64,000 nt of DNA from an uncultured bacterium (GCA_903823865.1 CAIJUJ010000027.1:12065-76064), one strand, 5' to 3'. Shown: positions 29,318 through 41,025, numbered from the stretch's first letter. Numbers and translations are program-made. The notes: generated by a model not told the origin, from the sequence alone.

Positions 29318-29885
29318 TTTTTAATATAGTATCAAAAGTTGGCTGTAATTGTGATACAGCAGCCGTTGTTGAGGCATCAAATAAAAAAACATACATACTG
29401 TCATTAGAAATTACAGCATTTATATTTAACGAGTCTTTTCCCCATAACGATGAATAATAGGATACGCTAGGCTTACCAGCAATTTCAGTTTTTAAAAAAG
29501 TATTATTTGTACCAAGAGACTTTTGAAATTCACTAATCAAGAAACTCGATGGATCTATTTTTTCTTCGACTGTCATTGTTAAATGAGAATTTGTGATTAA
29601 TAATAAACCCATTTTATCTGCAGAAAAAGCTTCTACAACATATCCTTTTGAACGTGAACTTTGTTTCCAACCTTTTGGTATTGTAAAAGTTATATTTCCA
29701 TCTGTATATGTATATAGATTTGTTGTAGTAGAAAATACTGATCCTGTTGTATATTGAGTTTTTTTATTATTTATCTGATTTAAACCATAATAAAATAAAC
29801 TTCCAACAATAATAATTGATATAACAACTGTCCAAAGTGTTTTTGATTTTATAAATGATACATTTATTTTATCCATTATATTCAT
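29301..29885 (-). CDS. Membrane-anchored hypothetical protein (PsbP-like pattern)
   Basis: N-terminal TM; FTIPKGW and FDTILKSVSF pattern. Confidence 0.5.
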   Translation of the reverse strand: MNIMDKINVSFIKSKTLWTVVISIIIVGSLFYYGLNQINNKKTQYTTGSVFSTTTNLYTYTDGNITFTIPKGWKQSSRSKGYVVEAFSADKMGLLLITNSHLTMTVEEKIDPSSFLISEFQKSLGTNNTFLKTEIAGKPSVSYYSSLWGKDSLNINAVISNDSMYVFLFDASTTAAVSQLQPTFDTILKSVSFK

Positions 29886-29909
29886 AAATATTATTTAATG
29901 ATTAAATTA

Positions 29910-31007
29910 TTAAATTTTGAATTCAATAACATCTCCGTCTTTTACAATGTATTCTTTTCCTTCTGTGCGAACTAGCCCTTTTTCACGAGCAACTCCATAT
30001 GAACCAGAAACAAGAAGTTTGTCCCATTCTATAACTTCAGCACGAACAAATTTGTCTTTAAAATCACCGTGAATTGCAGTGCCTGCCATTGGAGCATTCC
30101 ATCCTTTCTTAATTGTCCAAGCGCGAGTTTCGTCTTCTCCTGTAGTAAAATAAGTAATAAGTCCAAGCAAATCATATCCAGCTTTTATTAAATCATTTAT
30201 TCCATCATCCTTCACGCCAAGTCCTTCTCTCATTTCTTTTTTGTCTGCACCTTCCAAATCTTTCAGCTCTTGTTCAATTGCAGCATCAACAATTACATAT
30301 TTTGCTTTTACTTCATTAAAAAATTTAATAAGTTTTTGATATCGCTCGTCATTTAATTCATCAAGATTTTTTCCACCGGCTTTTTTATTTAATATATAAA
30401 GTATCGGCTTCATTGTTATAAGACAAAGTTTGCTGACTTCAACAATTTCTTTGTCATCAAAACTAACCGTGCTTGCGAGCTTCCCAGCTTCCATTGCAAT
30501 TTTTAATTTTTCTATTGCACCATTTTCAATTATTGCTGACTTACTTCCTTTTTTTATTTCACTTCCTAAAGCACTTGCTCTTTTTGTGATTGTTTGTAAG
30601 TCCGCTAAAATAAGTTCAAGATTTATTGTTTCAATATCTGAAAGCGGGTCTATTTTATTTGCAACGTGAATAATATTATCATCTTCAAAAATTCGGACAA
30701 CTTCAGCAATGGCATCAGTCTCACGAATGTTTGTTAGAAATTTATTTCCCAATCCTTCTCCAGCAGAAGCACCTTTTACAAGACCTGCAATATCAACAAA
30801 TTCCACCGCCGCTGGCATGGTCTTTATTGACTTAGAAAAGGTTGATAGCTTAGCTATTCTCTCGTCTGGCACAGCTACAACCCCTACAGAAGGGTCTATA
30901 GTGCAAAAGGGATAGTTCTCACAAGCTACAGCTTTGCGAGTTAAGGCGTTAAATAACGTCGATTTACCAACGTTTGGTAGTCCAACGATTCCGATTGATA
31001 GTGACAT
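29910..31007 (-). CDS. ychF: Ribosome-binding ATPase YchF
   Basis: [44 protein letters not shown]. Confidence 0.96.
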   Translation of the reverse strand: MSLSIGIVGLPNVGKSTLFNALTRKAVACENYPFCTIDPSVGVVAVPDERIAKLSTFSKSIKTMPAAVEFVDIAGLVKGASAGEGLGNKFLTNIRETDAIAEVVRIFEDDNIIHVANKIDPLSDIETINLELILADLQTITKRASALGSEIKKGSKSAIIENGAIEKLKIAMEAGKLASTVSFDDKEIVEVSKLCLITMKPILYILNKKAGGKNLDELNDERYQKLIKFFNEVKAKYVIVDAAIEQELKDLEGADKKEMREGLGVKDDGINDLIKAGYDLLGLITYFTTGEDETRAWTIKKGWNAPMAGTAIHGDFKDKFVRAEVIEWDKLLVSGSYGVAREKGLVRTEGKEYIVKDGDVIEFKI

Positions 31008-31053
31008 ATTTCAGTACTTTAACAGATTTTAGGGGAAAGATAAAGGAAAAATA

Positions 31054-31084
31054 AAAGCTGGGCGGCCGAAGTCCGCCCAGCTTT
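31054..31084 (-). terminator. Intrinsic terminator after the large GT-domain gene
   Basis: AAAGCTGGGCGG...CCGCCCAGCTTT. Confidence 0.7.
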
Positions 31085-31090
31085 ACTTAT

Positions 31091-34000
31091 TTATGATATC
31101 TTTTTCTTCAATATTTTTGAAACGTCACCCCTGTATTTCTTTAATCCATTAATTAGATTCTTTGCGTCAATAATTTTTATCTGTCTTGGACCAACAATTT
31201 CATATTTATTTATACCCAACCAGCCAAGAGCACTCTGGAATACTTGTTGGTGCCTATATGATTTATTTGAGGACCTAGAATAAAAATCTAAAACTAATTT
31301 ATCAGCACCGCTTACCCATGTCATAGCTTTTAATGTTCTATTAATTATAATCTCTATATCGGCAACGAGTTTTTTTACTACCTCTGGATCATCATAATCA
31401 ATTTCCTTATTATTTTCTGCAAAATTTGTTGTTCTGAGCTCATCTAAAGGGCCAAATTTATCCCACTGCTCCACTGGTGAAAGAGACCGTTTTATTGCTT
31501 CTTCTGCGCGGCGAGCAGATGTAATTAGCCTAGAAACTACCGCTCCAGCAAAACCAATTGAACGTTTATCTTTAGCACCCCGTCTCGCCGCCTTAATTGC
31601 CCTGCCTAAGTCAACATCTTCGCCCACTCCAATTTTTGAATAGCCATTTAGGGCCGCATAAATACTAGATTGAAAAGCAAAATTTGCACCAGATGACGCA
31701 ATTGTACTTTCGTCCCCACGTCTTAATATAACATCTACATATTGAAAGAATCTGGTACCAATGTGCACTAACGGATTTCTAGCATATGCCTCCAAACCCC
31801 AGTCTAGTTGACCCATATATGCATCAGTGTCAGGATTTTTTTCAAACTTTCTAATAAAATTGTCTATATATTCTGTCGCTATGCCTTCATTGTCAGCATC
31901 ATTACTTACTATTGCAAGTTTTGGAGCATCTTTTCCACGTAAAATATGTCTCTCTAAAACCGCGTCTGTGAGATACTTTCTCATAGTGCCAATTTTAACA
32001 TCTTTAATTGGAAATACTTTGTTCATAACTCTAATGTGTAGTTCTGGATGATCTTTTTTGAACCTTTGAATTTCTTTTGCGGTGTCATCTGGTAATACTT
32101 TTTTGCCGTTATAATCTGTATCCGGTTGGTTTACAAACAAAACGATTTCAAATTCATCTTTCTTAGCGGTCTGATTTAAATAATTTTCAAGAGTCTTATA
32201 TATATTTTTACCCTCCTGGTGGCCGGCAACGGGAACACATACTGAGAGTCTACATTTTGAATCCATTGGACCAGCTTCTTTTGTTAGCTCATCGATTATT
32301 TTTAAATCTTCAGGAGTTTGTCTAGACAAATAATCTTTAATTTCTTCCTTTTCATTAAGTTCGGCGTCTGGATTTTCCTTTAAAGCTTCGGACATGCGAC
32401 CTAAATAATTCTCCCTGTTAGCATCATTAAATCCATGATAGGGATAATCTAATTCCTCATGAGTTATTGGATTTCTCAATTGTTCTAGAGGTCCTCTGCC
32501 AAAGATAGGAATAGACAATGGAAAATCTACAATAGGAGCCACACTTTCTATTGATTGATTACCAAGTTCGGTGGCGATGATATTTACCACACTATTTCCA
32601 TCGGAAGCAGTACCAATATCTTGAGCAACCTCCATAAACTTTCCAGTAAATTGAAGTTGTCCATCTACAACTCTAAAAAGAGTTTTTCCAATAAAACTAT
32701 TTGGGTCAATTAGAACATGTCCATCGGTACCAATTGGTAATTCAGCCACACTATGCTGTGTACCAGCAGAAAGTGAAAAAAGCATTTTGAGATGACCGCC
32801 CACCATTAGGTCTTTTACTTTTGCAATTGCTCCGGCGTGAAATGAACCACTATTTGTCATATGTGATATATCGATATCATAAGAGTGACCGTTATCCATT
32901 AGGCCAGTATTATTAATTCCACCATACTGAATACCAAGTTCGTTAAGGTCGTGGACTTGAGTATTATTGTCATAAAACATTTCTCTGTGAATAGTGTGAA
33001 ATTCTGAAGAATTATTTGGAATTATTTGATGAGCAACTTCTTCAGTATGCTCCCCGATTATTTGTGTTCCAGCTGCAACGTGCTCATGCAAATTATTTGG
33101 ACCAAGATGATTTCCAAACCATTGTCTTATTCCCTCAAGTGCTGTCACGTGGCCTGCCCCCTTATTTATTCCAATAGCATGTTCGATCAAACCCTGTTGG
33201 TTTGCATTAAAGAATGACGATACTTCTTGAAATAAACCACCAATAACAAGTCCTGTCGTTACACCTTTCGTAACCGCACCTGCTATTTTTTTTATTTTTA
33301 ATTTTTTAAATATACGGTCCTTGTCATCTATACCACCGTCCCCGTCATACAAATTTCTATTCTGCAAATTCATTACTGATGCATATAATTCATCAAAAGT
33401 TTGATTGCCCGGTAAAGTCATGACTCCACTCTCAACTATATTCCTTAATTTTACTTTTGCCTCAGCACGAATAACATCAAGGTTAAGGCGTTCTTGTTCA
33501 ACTGATTTATAATCTGAGTATGAAATAAGATCAATTTTTTCTTTGTCTGATAATTGTATTCGTGACTCAGCTTCAGAAAGAGCGTCTACTGCAGCAAAAT
33601 AATCTTCTGGAGACTCTATTTTGCTTGATAATTGTTTAATAGAATCACATAATGATTTTGATGAAACTGTTTTATATATTGCACCTTCTAATTCAACTCG
33701 ACGCTTCATATCTTGTGTCATCTCCTTACCCTTAGCTCTTTCTCTGGCGTGTTGTTTTCTTTCTTCTGTTATTCTCAAACTTTCTTTTGCACCAGCAACA
33801 GCTCCAGTTAATGCAGCTGAACCAAGACCAAATGTAACTGGGGCTAATACTTTATTAGCTCCAAATCTAGAAAGTTTAGCAACAGCTGAATATGCGAGTG
33901 CAACACCGACGGCTACCGTTGTCTCATTTACAAATCTACCGATTCCTGTGGAATGCATTTTATCAATTATCTTATCTACAGTATTCATCTTTGCTTCGGA

Positions 34001-34750
34001 TCTTACACCGGCTTTCGCTTTACCAACAATAATTTCGACTTCTTGATCTATTTCATCAATATCAGCGTGGTGTTCATATGCCAGTTTTGCCTCCTTTGCA
34101 ATCTGAAATAAGTTATCTGTATAACGAACTGTATTTTTTAGTTCTTTTCCGCTTAAACCAAGTGTGATAGAAAGAATTTTATTTCTTTCATCACTAAAAA
34201 TTTTATCATCAATTTTACCTTCAGCATAAGAGCGAATTAGACTACGAACGGAAGAGTTTAATTGTGAGTTCTCTGCTTCGCTTGAATCTAAAATTTCTCT
34301 TTCTTCACCAGCTTCAGTGTGTATAGTTTCGTCGTACTCAGAAATAAACCTGTCTACAATTGCCCCCATCGCTTGATCATGTGCTGTTTTATCTGTGTTA
34401 TTTTCTCCTATATAAATATTTCCTGAATTTTTTATTTCGTCTTTGGCTTTATAGTATTCCTTTTGTCTATACATCTCACGGGCAATATTACCCTTCCAAA
34501 TATTATTTTTGGTATATTCCCATACAGCAGATGCTTTCTCAGACATTTTTAAATGAGAAAAATCTTTAAATTTCTCACTAAGTTTTTTATTCGTTTCTGT
34601 TTTAGATGTTGTTAATCTTTCCTCAGCAATATCACGTGCTTGAGACTCAACAATGTCACCACTGTCAACAATAACAATTTTTCTCTTTTTTGTTTTTTTA
34701 ACTTCCTGTTCCTTTATCGGTCCTGAGTTATTTAATGATTCTGATGTCAT
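31091..34750 (-). CDS. 1219-aa protein: helical and hydrophobic N-terminal region, C-terminal GT-A (GT2-like) glycosyltransferase domain
   Basis: LSVCVPVAGHQE, FEIVLFVN, SNDADN (DxD), SGANFAF, GEDVDLG. Confidence 0.65.
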   Translation of the reverse strand: MTSESLNNSGPIKEQEVKKTKKRKIVIVDSGDIVESQARDIAEERLTTSKTETNKKLSEKFKDFSHLKMSEKASAVWEYTKNNIWKGNIAREMYRQKEYYKAKDEIKNSGNIYIGENNTDKTAHDQAMGAIVDRFISEYDETIHTEAGEEREILDSSEAENSQLNSSVRSLIRSYAEGKIDDKIFSDERNKILSITLGLSGKELKNTVRYTDNLFQIAKEAKLAYEHHADIDEIDQEVEIIVGKAKAGVRSEAKMNTVDKIIDKMHSTGIGRFVNETTVAVGVALAYSAVAKLSRFGANKVLAPVTFGLGSAALTGAVAGAKESLRITEERKQHARERAKGKEMTQDMKRRVELEGAIYKTVSSKSLCDSIKQLSSKIESPEDYFAAVDALSEAESRIQLSDKEKIDLISYSDYKSVEQERLNLDVIRAEAKVKLRNIVESGVMTLPGNQTFDELYASVMNLQNRNLYDGDGGIDDKDRIFKKLKIKKIAGAVTKGVTTGLVIGGLFQEVSSFFNANQQGLIEHAIGINKGAGHVTALEGIRQWFGNHLGPNNLHEHVAAGTQIIGEHTEEVAHQIIPNNSSEFHTIHREMFYDNNTQVHDLNELGIQYGGINNTGLMDNGHSYDIDISHMTNSGSFHAGAIAKVKDLMVGGHLKMLFSLSAGTQHSVAELPIGTDGHVLIDPNSFIGKTLFRVVDGQLQFTGKFMEVAQDIGTASDGNSVVNIIATELGNQSIESVAPIVDFPLSIPIFGRGPLEQLRNPITHEELDYPYHGFNDANRENYLGRMSEALKENPDAELNEKEEIKDYLSRQTPEDLKIIDELTKEAGPMDSKCRLSVCVPVAGHQEGKNIYKTLENYLNQTAKKDEFEIVLFVNQPDTDYNGKKVLPDDTAKEIQRFKKDHPELHIRVMNKVFPIKDVKIGTMRKYLTDAVLERHILRGKDAPKLAIVSNDADNEGIATEYIDNFIRKFEKNPDTDAYMGQLDWGLEAYARNPLVHIGTRFFQYVDVILRRGDESTIASSGANFAFQSSIYAALNGYSKIGVGEDVDLGRAIKAARRGAKDKRSIGFAGAVVSRLITSARRAEEAIKRSLSPVEQWDKFGPLDELRTTNFAENNKEIDYDDPEVVKKLVADIEIIINRTLKAMTWVSGADKLVLDFYSRSSNKSYRHQQVFQSALGWLGINKYEIVGPRQIKIIDAKNLINGLKKYRGDVSKILKKKIS

Positions 34751-34766
34751 GGTATTTTGGGGATGA

Positions 34767-35072
34767 TTAATTTAACACATTTGCTAAATATATCTCTCGT
34801 AATCTCAATAGAGCACCAGCGACAACTTCATCTAAATTCTTTATATGTTTACTACAAAATTCTTGAATTTCACTATCATTTCCCTTATCGATTTTTTTCT
34901 CGAAATCAGCAAGCTTGTCTTTTGGCATATTGTTTACCATCTCAGCTATAATAATGTTTTCAGCTCTTTCTACAAGATCGTGCCTTAACTGGTCCATTAA
35001 CTCTTTGGACAAACCAGTAATACCTTTGTCTTTTATGAGCTGAGCTGCAAAATCATCGATATTGTATTTCAT
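34767..35072 (-). CDS. Small acidic helical protein (DUF5663-like)
   Basis: 101 aa; pattern recalled from CPR proteins, not verified by search. Confidence 0.5.
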   Translation of the reverse strand: MKYNIDDFAAQLIKDKGITGLSKELMDQLRHDLVERAENIIIAEMVNNMPKDKLADFEKKIDKGNDSEIQEFCSKHIKNLDEVVAGALLRLREIYLANVLN

Positions 35073-35231
35073 ATAAATATATAATTAATAAATGATAATG
35101 ATTAAATTATATAGTGCTCACCAAATATTGTAAAGTAAAAATATTATTTATACGTGATGAAATATGGCTTAAATTGGGCATAATTATAGAAAAGGGTGGT
35201 TGAAAATTGACTCCTTATATTTGTCATTAGT

Positions 35232-37016
35232 TTAAATAAACCCACTTACCTGTAAATCCCAAAGATTCTTGTACAGGCCACTTTCTTTATTTGCTAATTC
35301 ATCATGTGTTCCATCTTCAACAATCAATCCTTTTTCCATAGAAATTATTCTATCCATTTTTCTTATTGTCGAAAGTCTGTGAGCAATTACAATTGTTGTA
35401 GAATTTTCCATCAAATGTTTCAAGGCATCTTGTATTAGTGATTCAGAATATGAATCTAAACTAGATGTCGCCTCATCAAAAATAAGTATTGGTGCTTTTT
35501 TCAATATTGCTCTTGCGATTGCAACTCTCTGTCTTTCACCACCAGAAAGTTTAATTCCCCTTTCTCCAACATATGTGTCATATTTTAGTGGCAAACTTTC
35601 TATAAACTCATCACAGTGAGCAAGCTTTGCAGCCTTTTTGACTTCTTCATCAGTTGCCTTTCTATTACCATAACGAATATTTTCAAGAAGTGTTCTATGA
35701 AATAGAACTGGGTCTTGTGGAACAAAACTAATATGCTCACGTAGACTATCTTGCGTCACAGCGCTTATATCTTGACCGTCAATACAAATTGAACCCGCTG
35801 TTAAATTATATAGTCTCATTATAAGTCTTACTAAAGTTGTTTTTCCTGCACCAGAGTGTCCAACGATTGCAACTTTCTCTCTTGGTTTTATTACAAGATC
35901 TAAGTTATCAAGGATATTTGTATCTTTGTTAAATTTAAATGTCACACCCCTGAATTCTATTTCACCTTTTTTAATAATAAGCTTTTTTGCATTTGGTATA
36001 TCTTCTATCTCATATCTGGTAAGTAAAATATCTACCATCTCTTTAGAATCTGCGATACTTTGATAGAAATTACGAATAGTTTTATTTAATCCCCAAAGTT
36101 GTTGCGACAAACCAATAATATATGTTTGGCCAAGTACAAATGTACCAATACTTATCAAACCAACTTTCCAATACTTAATAGCAAAATAAAATACCAAAAA
36201 CTCAACTATGGTAATAAGAAAAACCTGCACAACATCAGAAATATTTCCTAACTGCCAAGAAAATAAATATTTTTTTGCCTGATCATTTGAGACATCTTTG
36301 AAGCCTTTTGATTCATAATTATGGCCAGTAAAAAATGTTACGGCATTGTTATTTGTAATAGAATCTGATAAATAACCAGTGGTTAAAGAATCAGCAGCCG
36401 CAACCAACTTATCATATTTAATTTTCCAAGTAGAAAATATTATACTAAATATTACATAGATAATAACCCATATTAATAGAATGATTGCAAATACTGGTGC
36501 AATAAACCAAGTCACGATAATTGAACCAAAAACAGTAACAACAAGAGGCATAAAATTATATACCAAGCCATCACTTATGTTTTCAAAGGCACGGCTAAAG
36601 CGCCCAACTTTTTGAACAAGACTACCAGAAAAATTATTTGTAAAAAATGAGTGTGAATGTTTTATTAAATAATCAAACGAAATTTGCTTTAGACGCGCCA
36701 TGACCTTTGAAACCGTTGGTAGATAGAAGTAATTTGCTACTTGCCAACAAGCTTGGTCAGCAAAATTCAAAATTAAAATTAAAATTATAATATGGATTAA
36801 TTTTGGTGCTGTGATATTTACATCATTAGATTTACCTATAACATCGAAGAAATTCTTGTAAAATAGTGGGACAATAACCATAATTATTCTCGAAACAAAG
36901 AAAAAAAACACACCAGAAAAAAGCGATGGTTTTAAATTTCCTATTCCATACCAAAATTGAACAAGTATTTCTCTAATCGTAGTTTCACTTATTTTTTTGT
37001 TATTATTGTTTGTCAT
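35232..37016 (-). CDS. ABC exporter, fused permease and ATPase
   Basis: TM domain plus GHSGAGKT, LSGGERQR, FDEATSSLD. Confidence 0.93.
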   Translation of the reverse strand: MTNNNNKKISETTIREILVQFWYGIGNLKPSLFSGVFFFFVSRIIMVIVPLFYKNFFDVIGKSNDVNITAPKLIHIIILILILNFADQACWQVANYFYLPTVSKVMARLKQISFDYLIKHSHSFFTNNFSGSLVQKVGRFSRAFENISDGLVYNFMPLVVTVFGSIIVTWFIAPVFAIILLIWVIIYVIFSIIFSTWKIKYDKLVAAADSLTTGYLSDSITNNNAVTFFTGHNYESKGFKDVSNDQAKKYLFSWQLGNISDVVQVFLITIVEFLVFYFAIKYWKVGLISIGTFVLGQTYIIGLSQQLWGLNKTIRNFYQSIADSKEMVDILLTRYEIEDIPNAKKLIIKKGEIEFRGVTFKFNKDTNILDNLDLVIKPREKVAIVGHSGAGKTTLVRLIMRLYNLTAGSICIDGQDISAVTQDSLREHISFVPQDPVLFHRTLLENIRYGNRKATDEEVKKAAKLAHCDEFIESLPLKYDTYVGERGIKLSGGERQRVAIARAILKKAPILIFDEATSSLDSYSESLIQDALKHLMENSTTIVIAHRLSTIRKMDRIISMEKGLIVEDGTHDELANKESGLYKNLWDLQVSGFI

Positions 37017-37086
37017 TTGCCGTAAAATATCAGACGACCATGATTGGCCGTCTAATTTATTAAGAAACTTTTATTATGGTTATGAT

Positions 37087-37314
37087 TTACATCATGAGTT
37101 TTCTTAACTCATCCTGATGTTTTCGCATCACTTCCATCGAGGCTGCGGTCTTGCTTTTTCCTTCTTTTACTTTCTGTTCAATTTCTTTTGCAATATTCTC
37201 AAAAAATTGTGGGTCCTTTTCTATAGCTCCCATCATCATGTCTTGCTGTTCTTTTGGAACACCTTTCATTTGAGATTTTATTGCATGCTTCATTAAAAAT
37301 GTTTTTAGTCCCAT
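37087..37314 (-). CDS. Hypothetical Met-rich 75-aa protein
   Basis: Co-oriented ORF with host-like codon use; no family recognised. Confidence 0.6.
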   Translation of the reverse strand: MGLKTFLMKHAIKSQMKGVPKEQQDMMMGAIEKDPQFFENIAKEIEQKVKEGKSKTAASMEVMRKHQDELRKLMM

Positions 37315-37352
37315 GTTTATTTTTGATTATTTTATAACTATATATTTATATC

Positions 37353-37393
37353 ATAAATGGTGGATTTTTGCGAAGCAAAAATCCACCATTTAT
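37353..37393. terminator. Long perfect hairpin, probable terminator
   Basis: ATAAATGGTGGATTTTTGC-gaa-GCAAAAATCCACCATTTAT. Confidence 0.65.
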
Positions 37394-37427
37394 TTTTCTT
37401 TATAACTTTAAATTTTATAGATAAATA

Positions 37428-38660
37428 TCACTCATACCGAAGCGCCTCCATTGGACTCTTTTTTGAAGCTTGATTTGCTGGATAAATACCAAAAACTAAA
37501 CCAACGAGTCCAGCCACCACAACACCGAGAATTGCGGCACTCCATGGAAATACAAAACTCCAATCAAGTTTAATTACTGATGTTAAAATAATAGATATGA
37601 CATACGATAAAGATGCTCCCAAAATAATCCCTATAATGCCACCAGAAGCTGTAAGTATAACCGCTTCGAGTAAAAATTGGGTTAAAATATCTTTACCTGT
37701 TGCACCGATTGCTTTTCTCAAACCAATTTCTCTCGTTCTTTCGGTTACGGAAACCAACATAATATTCATGATTCCAATTCCACCAACGACAAGAGATATG
37801 GCGGCAACTGCCGCTAAAAATGCAGTGAGTGCATCAGTGATTGTGGATAAAGTCGCCGCAACATCAGCTGAGGTTGTGACAGAAAAATCATCTTTTGCTG
37901 GATCAGTAATATTGTGAGAATTTCGCAAAGTTATAGTCACATCTTGAACTGTGGATTTTAGATTTGCTTCAGTATCAGTTTCAACAACAATTCTACTGTA
38001 ATATTTCGTACCAGTAATATACTGTTGTACTGTGGTATATGGCATAAAAACAGAATCATCAAAACTTGAAGAAGAACCCTTTTCAGGTAAAACACCAATA
38101 ACCTTAAATGTATTATTTTTAATTCTAATTTTTTGACCTACAGCATCGTCACCATCAAAAAGGTGTTGTTTAACTTTGTAACCTATAACAACAACTGATG
38201 ACAAACTCTGTACGTCTTGATCTGAGAAAAAAGTTCCTCTATCGGGATTTAAACTAAAAATTTCTGGAACAAGCTCACCAGAACCAAAAACAGATACTTG
38301 GTAAACATTGCTACCATAAACTGCTTTTCCAGCTCCTACCACCATTGGCATGACATATTTTGCATGAGGAACATTTGTTTTATTTTTTATTAAATTTAAA
38401 TCTTTTTCTTTAAGCGAATCATTCATCGTTTGTGAAGCCATTGATGGTCCAAAAGAAATTTTCCCTGGCAAAACAATAACTGTTGTAGCTCCCAAACCTT
38501 TTACTTGTCCTAAAATAAGATTTTGTGCTCCTTGCCCAAGTGACATAACTAAAATAATTGACGTAATACCAATGACAATTCCAACAATAGTCAAAGCTGA
38601 GCGCGATTTGTGCGTTGTAAGTCCTGTCACTGCTGTTTTTATACTGTATCGTAATTTCAT
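37428..38660 (-). CDS. MacB/FtsX-like ABC permease
   Basis: GIGIMNIMLVSVTERTREIGLRKAIGA. Confidence 0.92.
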   Translation of the reverse strand: MKLRYSIKTAVTGLTTHKSRSALTIVGIVIGITSIILVMSLGQGAQNLILGQVKGLGATTVIVLPGKISFGPSMASQTMNDSLKEKDLNLIKNKTNVPHAKYVMPMVVGAGKAVYGSNVYQVSVFGSGELVPEIFSLNPDRGTFFSDQDVQSLSSVVVIGYKVKQHLFDGDDAVGQKIRIKNNTFKVIGVLPEKGSSSSFDDSVFMPYTTVQQYITGTKYYSRIVVETDTEANLKSTVQDVTITLRNSHNITDPAKDDFSVTTSADVAATLSTITDALTAFLAAVAAISLVVGGIGIMNIMLVSVTERTREIGLRKAIGATGKDILTQFLLEAVILTASGGIIGIILGASLSYVISIILTSVIKLDWSFVFPWSAAILGVVVAGLVGLVFGIYPANQASKKSPMEALRYE

Positions 38661-38662
38661 TT

Positions 38663-39424
38663 TTATTTTATAAATTTATCTGAAACTGTTTTTCTATTTG
38701 TAACTTGTTCATCACTTGCAATTTGACCATCAAGTAGACGAATAATTCTTTGTGCATATTCCGCTGTGTATGTTTCGTGAGTAATGAGAATAATTGTGTG
38801 GCCTTTTTCAGTATTTAATTTTTGAATAATTTCAATAATAGCTTGACCAGATTTTGAATCAAGATTACCAGTTGGTTCATCGGCAAAAATAACTTCAGGT
38901 GAAGTTACAAGCGCACGAGCAATAGCAACTCTTTGCTTTTCTCCACCAGAAAGCTGAACAGCAAGGTGATGCATACGATGTGCGAGACCAACAGAAATAA
39001 CGGCTTCTTCTGCAAGTTTGTTCCACTCTGATTCTGGTTTGTCAGAATAAATTAAAGGTAATTTAACATTCTGTAAAACCGTTTCGTGTGGCAGAAGATT
39101 GAACGCTTGAAAAACAAATCCCATTTTTGAATTTCTAATTTTTGCAATTTCAATTTGGTCATATTCGCCAAGATTTTTTCCAGAAAAATTATAAGTACCT
39201 TCAGTATGATTATCCAGGAGTCCAAGAATTTGTAGTAGGGTTGATTTACCAGAACCAGAAGGTCCCATAATCGCCACAAACTCCCCTTTTTTTATTTCAA
39301 TAGAAACACCACGAAGAGCTTCCGTTTTTGTGCCCTCGCTATCATAAACTTTCCAAATATTTTTTGTTTCTATTAGAGCCACGGGGTTATAAGTTTGGTG
39401 ATGCCAATATTTTATCACCTTCAT
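38663..39424 (-). CDS. MacB/LolD-like ABC ATP-binding protein
   Basis: [33 protein letters not shown]; true start probably near GTG 39382. Confidence 0.92.
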   Translation of the reverse strand: MKVIKYWHHQTYNPVALIETKNIWKVYDSEGTKTEALRGVSIEIKKGEFVAIMGPSGSGKSTLLQILGLLDNHTEGTYNFSGKNLGEYDQIEIAKIRNSKMGFVFQAFNLLPHETVLQNVKLPLIYSDKPESEWNKLAEEAVISVGLAHRMHHLAVQLSGGEKQRVAIARALVTSPEVIFADEPTGNLDSKSGQAIIEIIQKLNTEKGHTIILITHETYTAEYAQRIIRLLDGQIASDEQVTNRKTVSDKFIK

Positions 39425-40985
39425 TTAATCCAGAAATAATTTCTACATAACCATCGACACCTCTCATACCAGTTTCTACTTTTGTTTCTGTAATTGTAGC
39501 TAAATCATCTCCGCTAAGTAATTTTACATATTTTAATACATCAACAGAATAAACTGACCTTGATGGAACAGCCAAAACACCATCTTTTTGGCCGGTTAAA
39601 ATATCCAAATTTGCTGTCATCCCAGATTTAATTCTATCGTCTGAAGAAGATACAAATTTTAATGTGACCTTGTATGTTGGCACATTTTCTATAACAGTTT
39701 CTGCTGGGTCAATTTTAATAACAGAAGTTTCAAAAAATGTACCGGAGCCATACGCATCAAGAGTTGTTGTGGCAACGTCTCCAATTTTTATTTTTGCAAT
39801 ATCTGCCTCTGAAACAAAAGATTCAACTTCATATTGTCCATAAGAAATAACGGATAGCGCTGGCATTCCTGCTTGAATAGTCTCGCCAACTTTTGCAACA
39901 ATATTTGTAATGACTCCATTTATTGGTGAATTGATTATTGATTTGTTCAATCTTGCTTCTGCGACATCAACATTTGCTTGCGCTTGCTCGACTGTGGCCT
40001 CTTGTGCTTTTAATTGATCCGCTGTTGCACCAGTTTTAGTTAAAGTAAGTTGGCTGTTTACTATGTTTAAAGCAGAAATTGCTGATTGATATTGATTATA
40101 GGCAATTGATAAATTATTTATAACTAAAGAAATACTTGATCTAACTGTGGAAACATTTGTTTTCCAAAGTGTAATAGTTGTCTGACTTACAGAAGAATAT
40201 GGGTTTAATTTGTTTACAGCTAACGCAAGATTTTGCAGCAACAGTTGTATAGCAGAAAGATTATTATTTGATGTCACAACCACATCATCGATATTTGAAT
40301 TTGTAGTCAAATCTAATGTTAATGTATTCCATGCATTTAAAATGTTTTCAATACTTGCTCTTCCTGTAACAATATCATTTTGTAATTGAAAATCTGTTTG
40401 AAATTGTAAAGAAGGAATTATACTTCGTGGATTTGTAAACAATAAATCAATATAATTTCTAATTGCATCATCAGATTTATTATATGCGTCTTTTACTGAA
40501 TTTATTAAAGTATTTTTTGCATCGGCTAAATCATTTTTTGCTTTATCAACTTGAGATTGATTGGTAGCTATTTGCTCTGGTGTTGCTCCATTTTGTAGAG
40601 ACGATAAGTTTGCTTCGGCAATTTTTAATCCTGCCTTTGCTTGCTCAACCGCCGCCACTAAATCAGCATTTGAAAGTGAGGCTAAATATTGTCCTTGATA
40701 CACTTTATCGCCAACAGAAACATAAACGTGAGAAACTTGGCCACCAGTTTCAAAAGAAAGATCTAAATCTGAAATTGGTTTTACGTTTCCAGTTGAGCTG
40801 ACGACTTCTACTATATTATGTCTCGCAACGGCGATACTATCAGCCACTGTAGATTTTTTACCACTAAAGATAAGTACACATAAAATCAAAACCACTATTA
40901 CAATTACTGCCGTCCACCATTTATTTTTTTTAATAAAATTTAAAATACCAAAAAATATTTTTTTCATATTTAATAATTCTATCAT
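39387..40985 (-). CDS. MacA/HlyD-like membrane fusion (adaptor) protein with long helical hairpin
   Basis: N-terminal TM; V.VGDKV..GQ.LA and I.SPINGVI lipoyl half-motifs. Confidence 0.85.
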   Translation of the reverse strand: MIELLNMKKIFFGILNFIKKNKWWTAVIVIVVLILCVLIFSGKKSTVADSIAVARHNIVEVVSSTGNVKPISDLDLSFETGGQVSHVYVSVGDKVYQGQYLASLSNADLVAAVEQAKAGLKIAEANLSSLQNGATPEQIATNQSQVDKAKNDLADAKNTLINSVKDAYNKSDDAIRNYIDLLFTNPRSIIPSLQFQTDFQLQNDIVTGRASIENILNAWNTLTLDLTTNSNIDDVVVTSNNNLSAIQLLLQNLALAVNKLNPYSSVSQTTITLWKTNVSTVRSSISLVINNLSIAYNQYQSAISALNIVNSQLTLTKTGATADQLKAQEATVEQAQANVDVAEARLNKSIINSPINGVITNIVAKVGETIQAGMPALSVISYGQYEVESFVSEADIAKIKIGDVATTTLDAYGSGTFFETSVIKIDPAETVIENVPTYKVTLKFVSSSDDRIKSGMTANLDILTGQKDGVLAVPSRSVYSVDVLKYVKLLSGDDLATITETKVETGMRGVDGYVEIISGLNEGDKILASPNL

Positions 40986-41025
40986 ATTTTTACTGAATTT
41001 GAAATAAAAAATTTTAAAATTTTTG

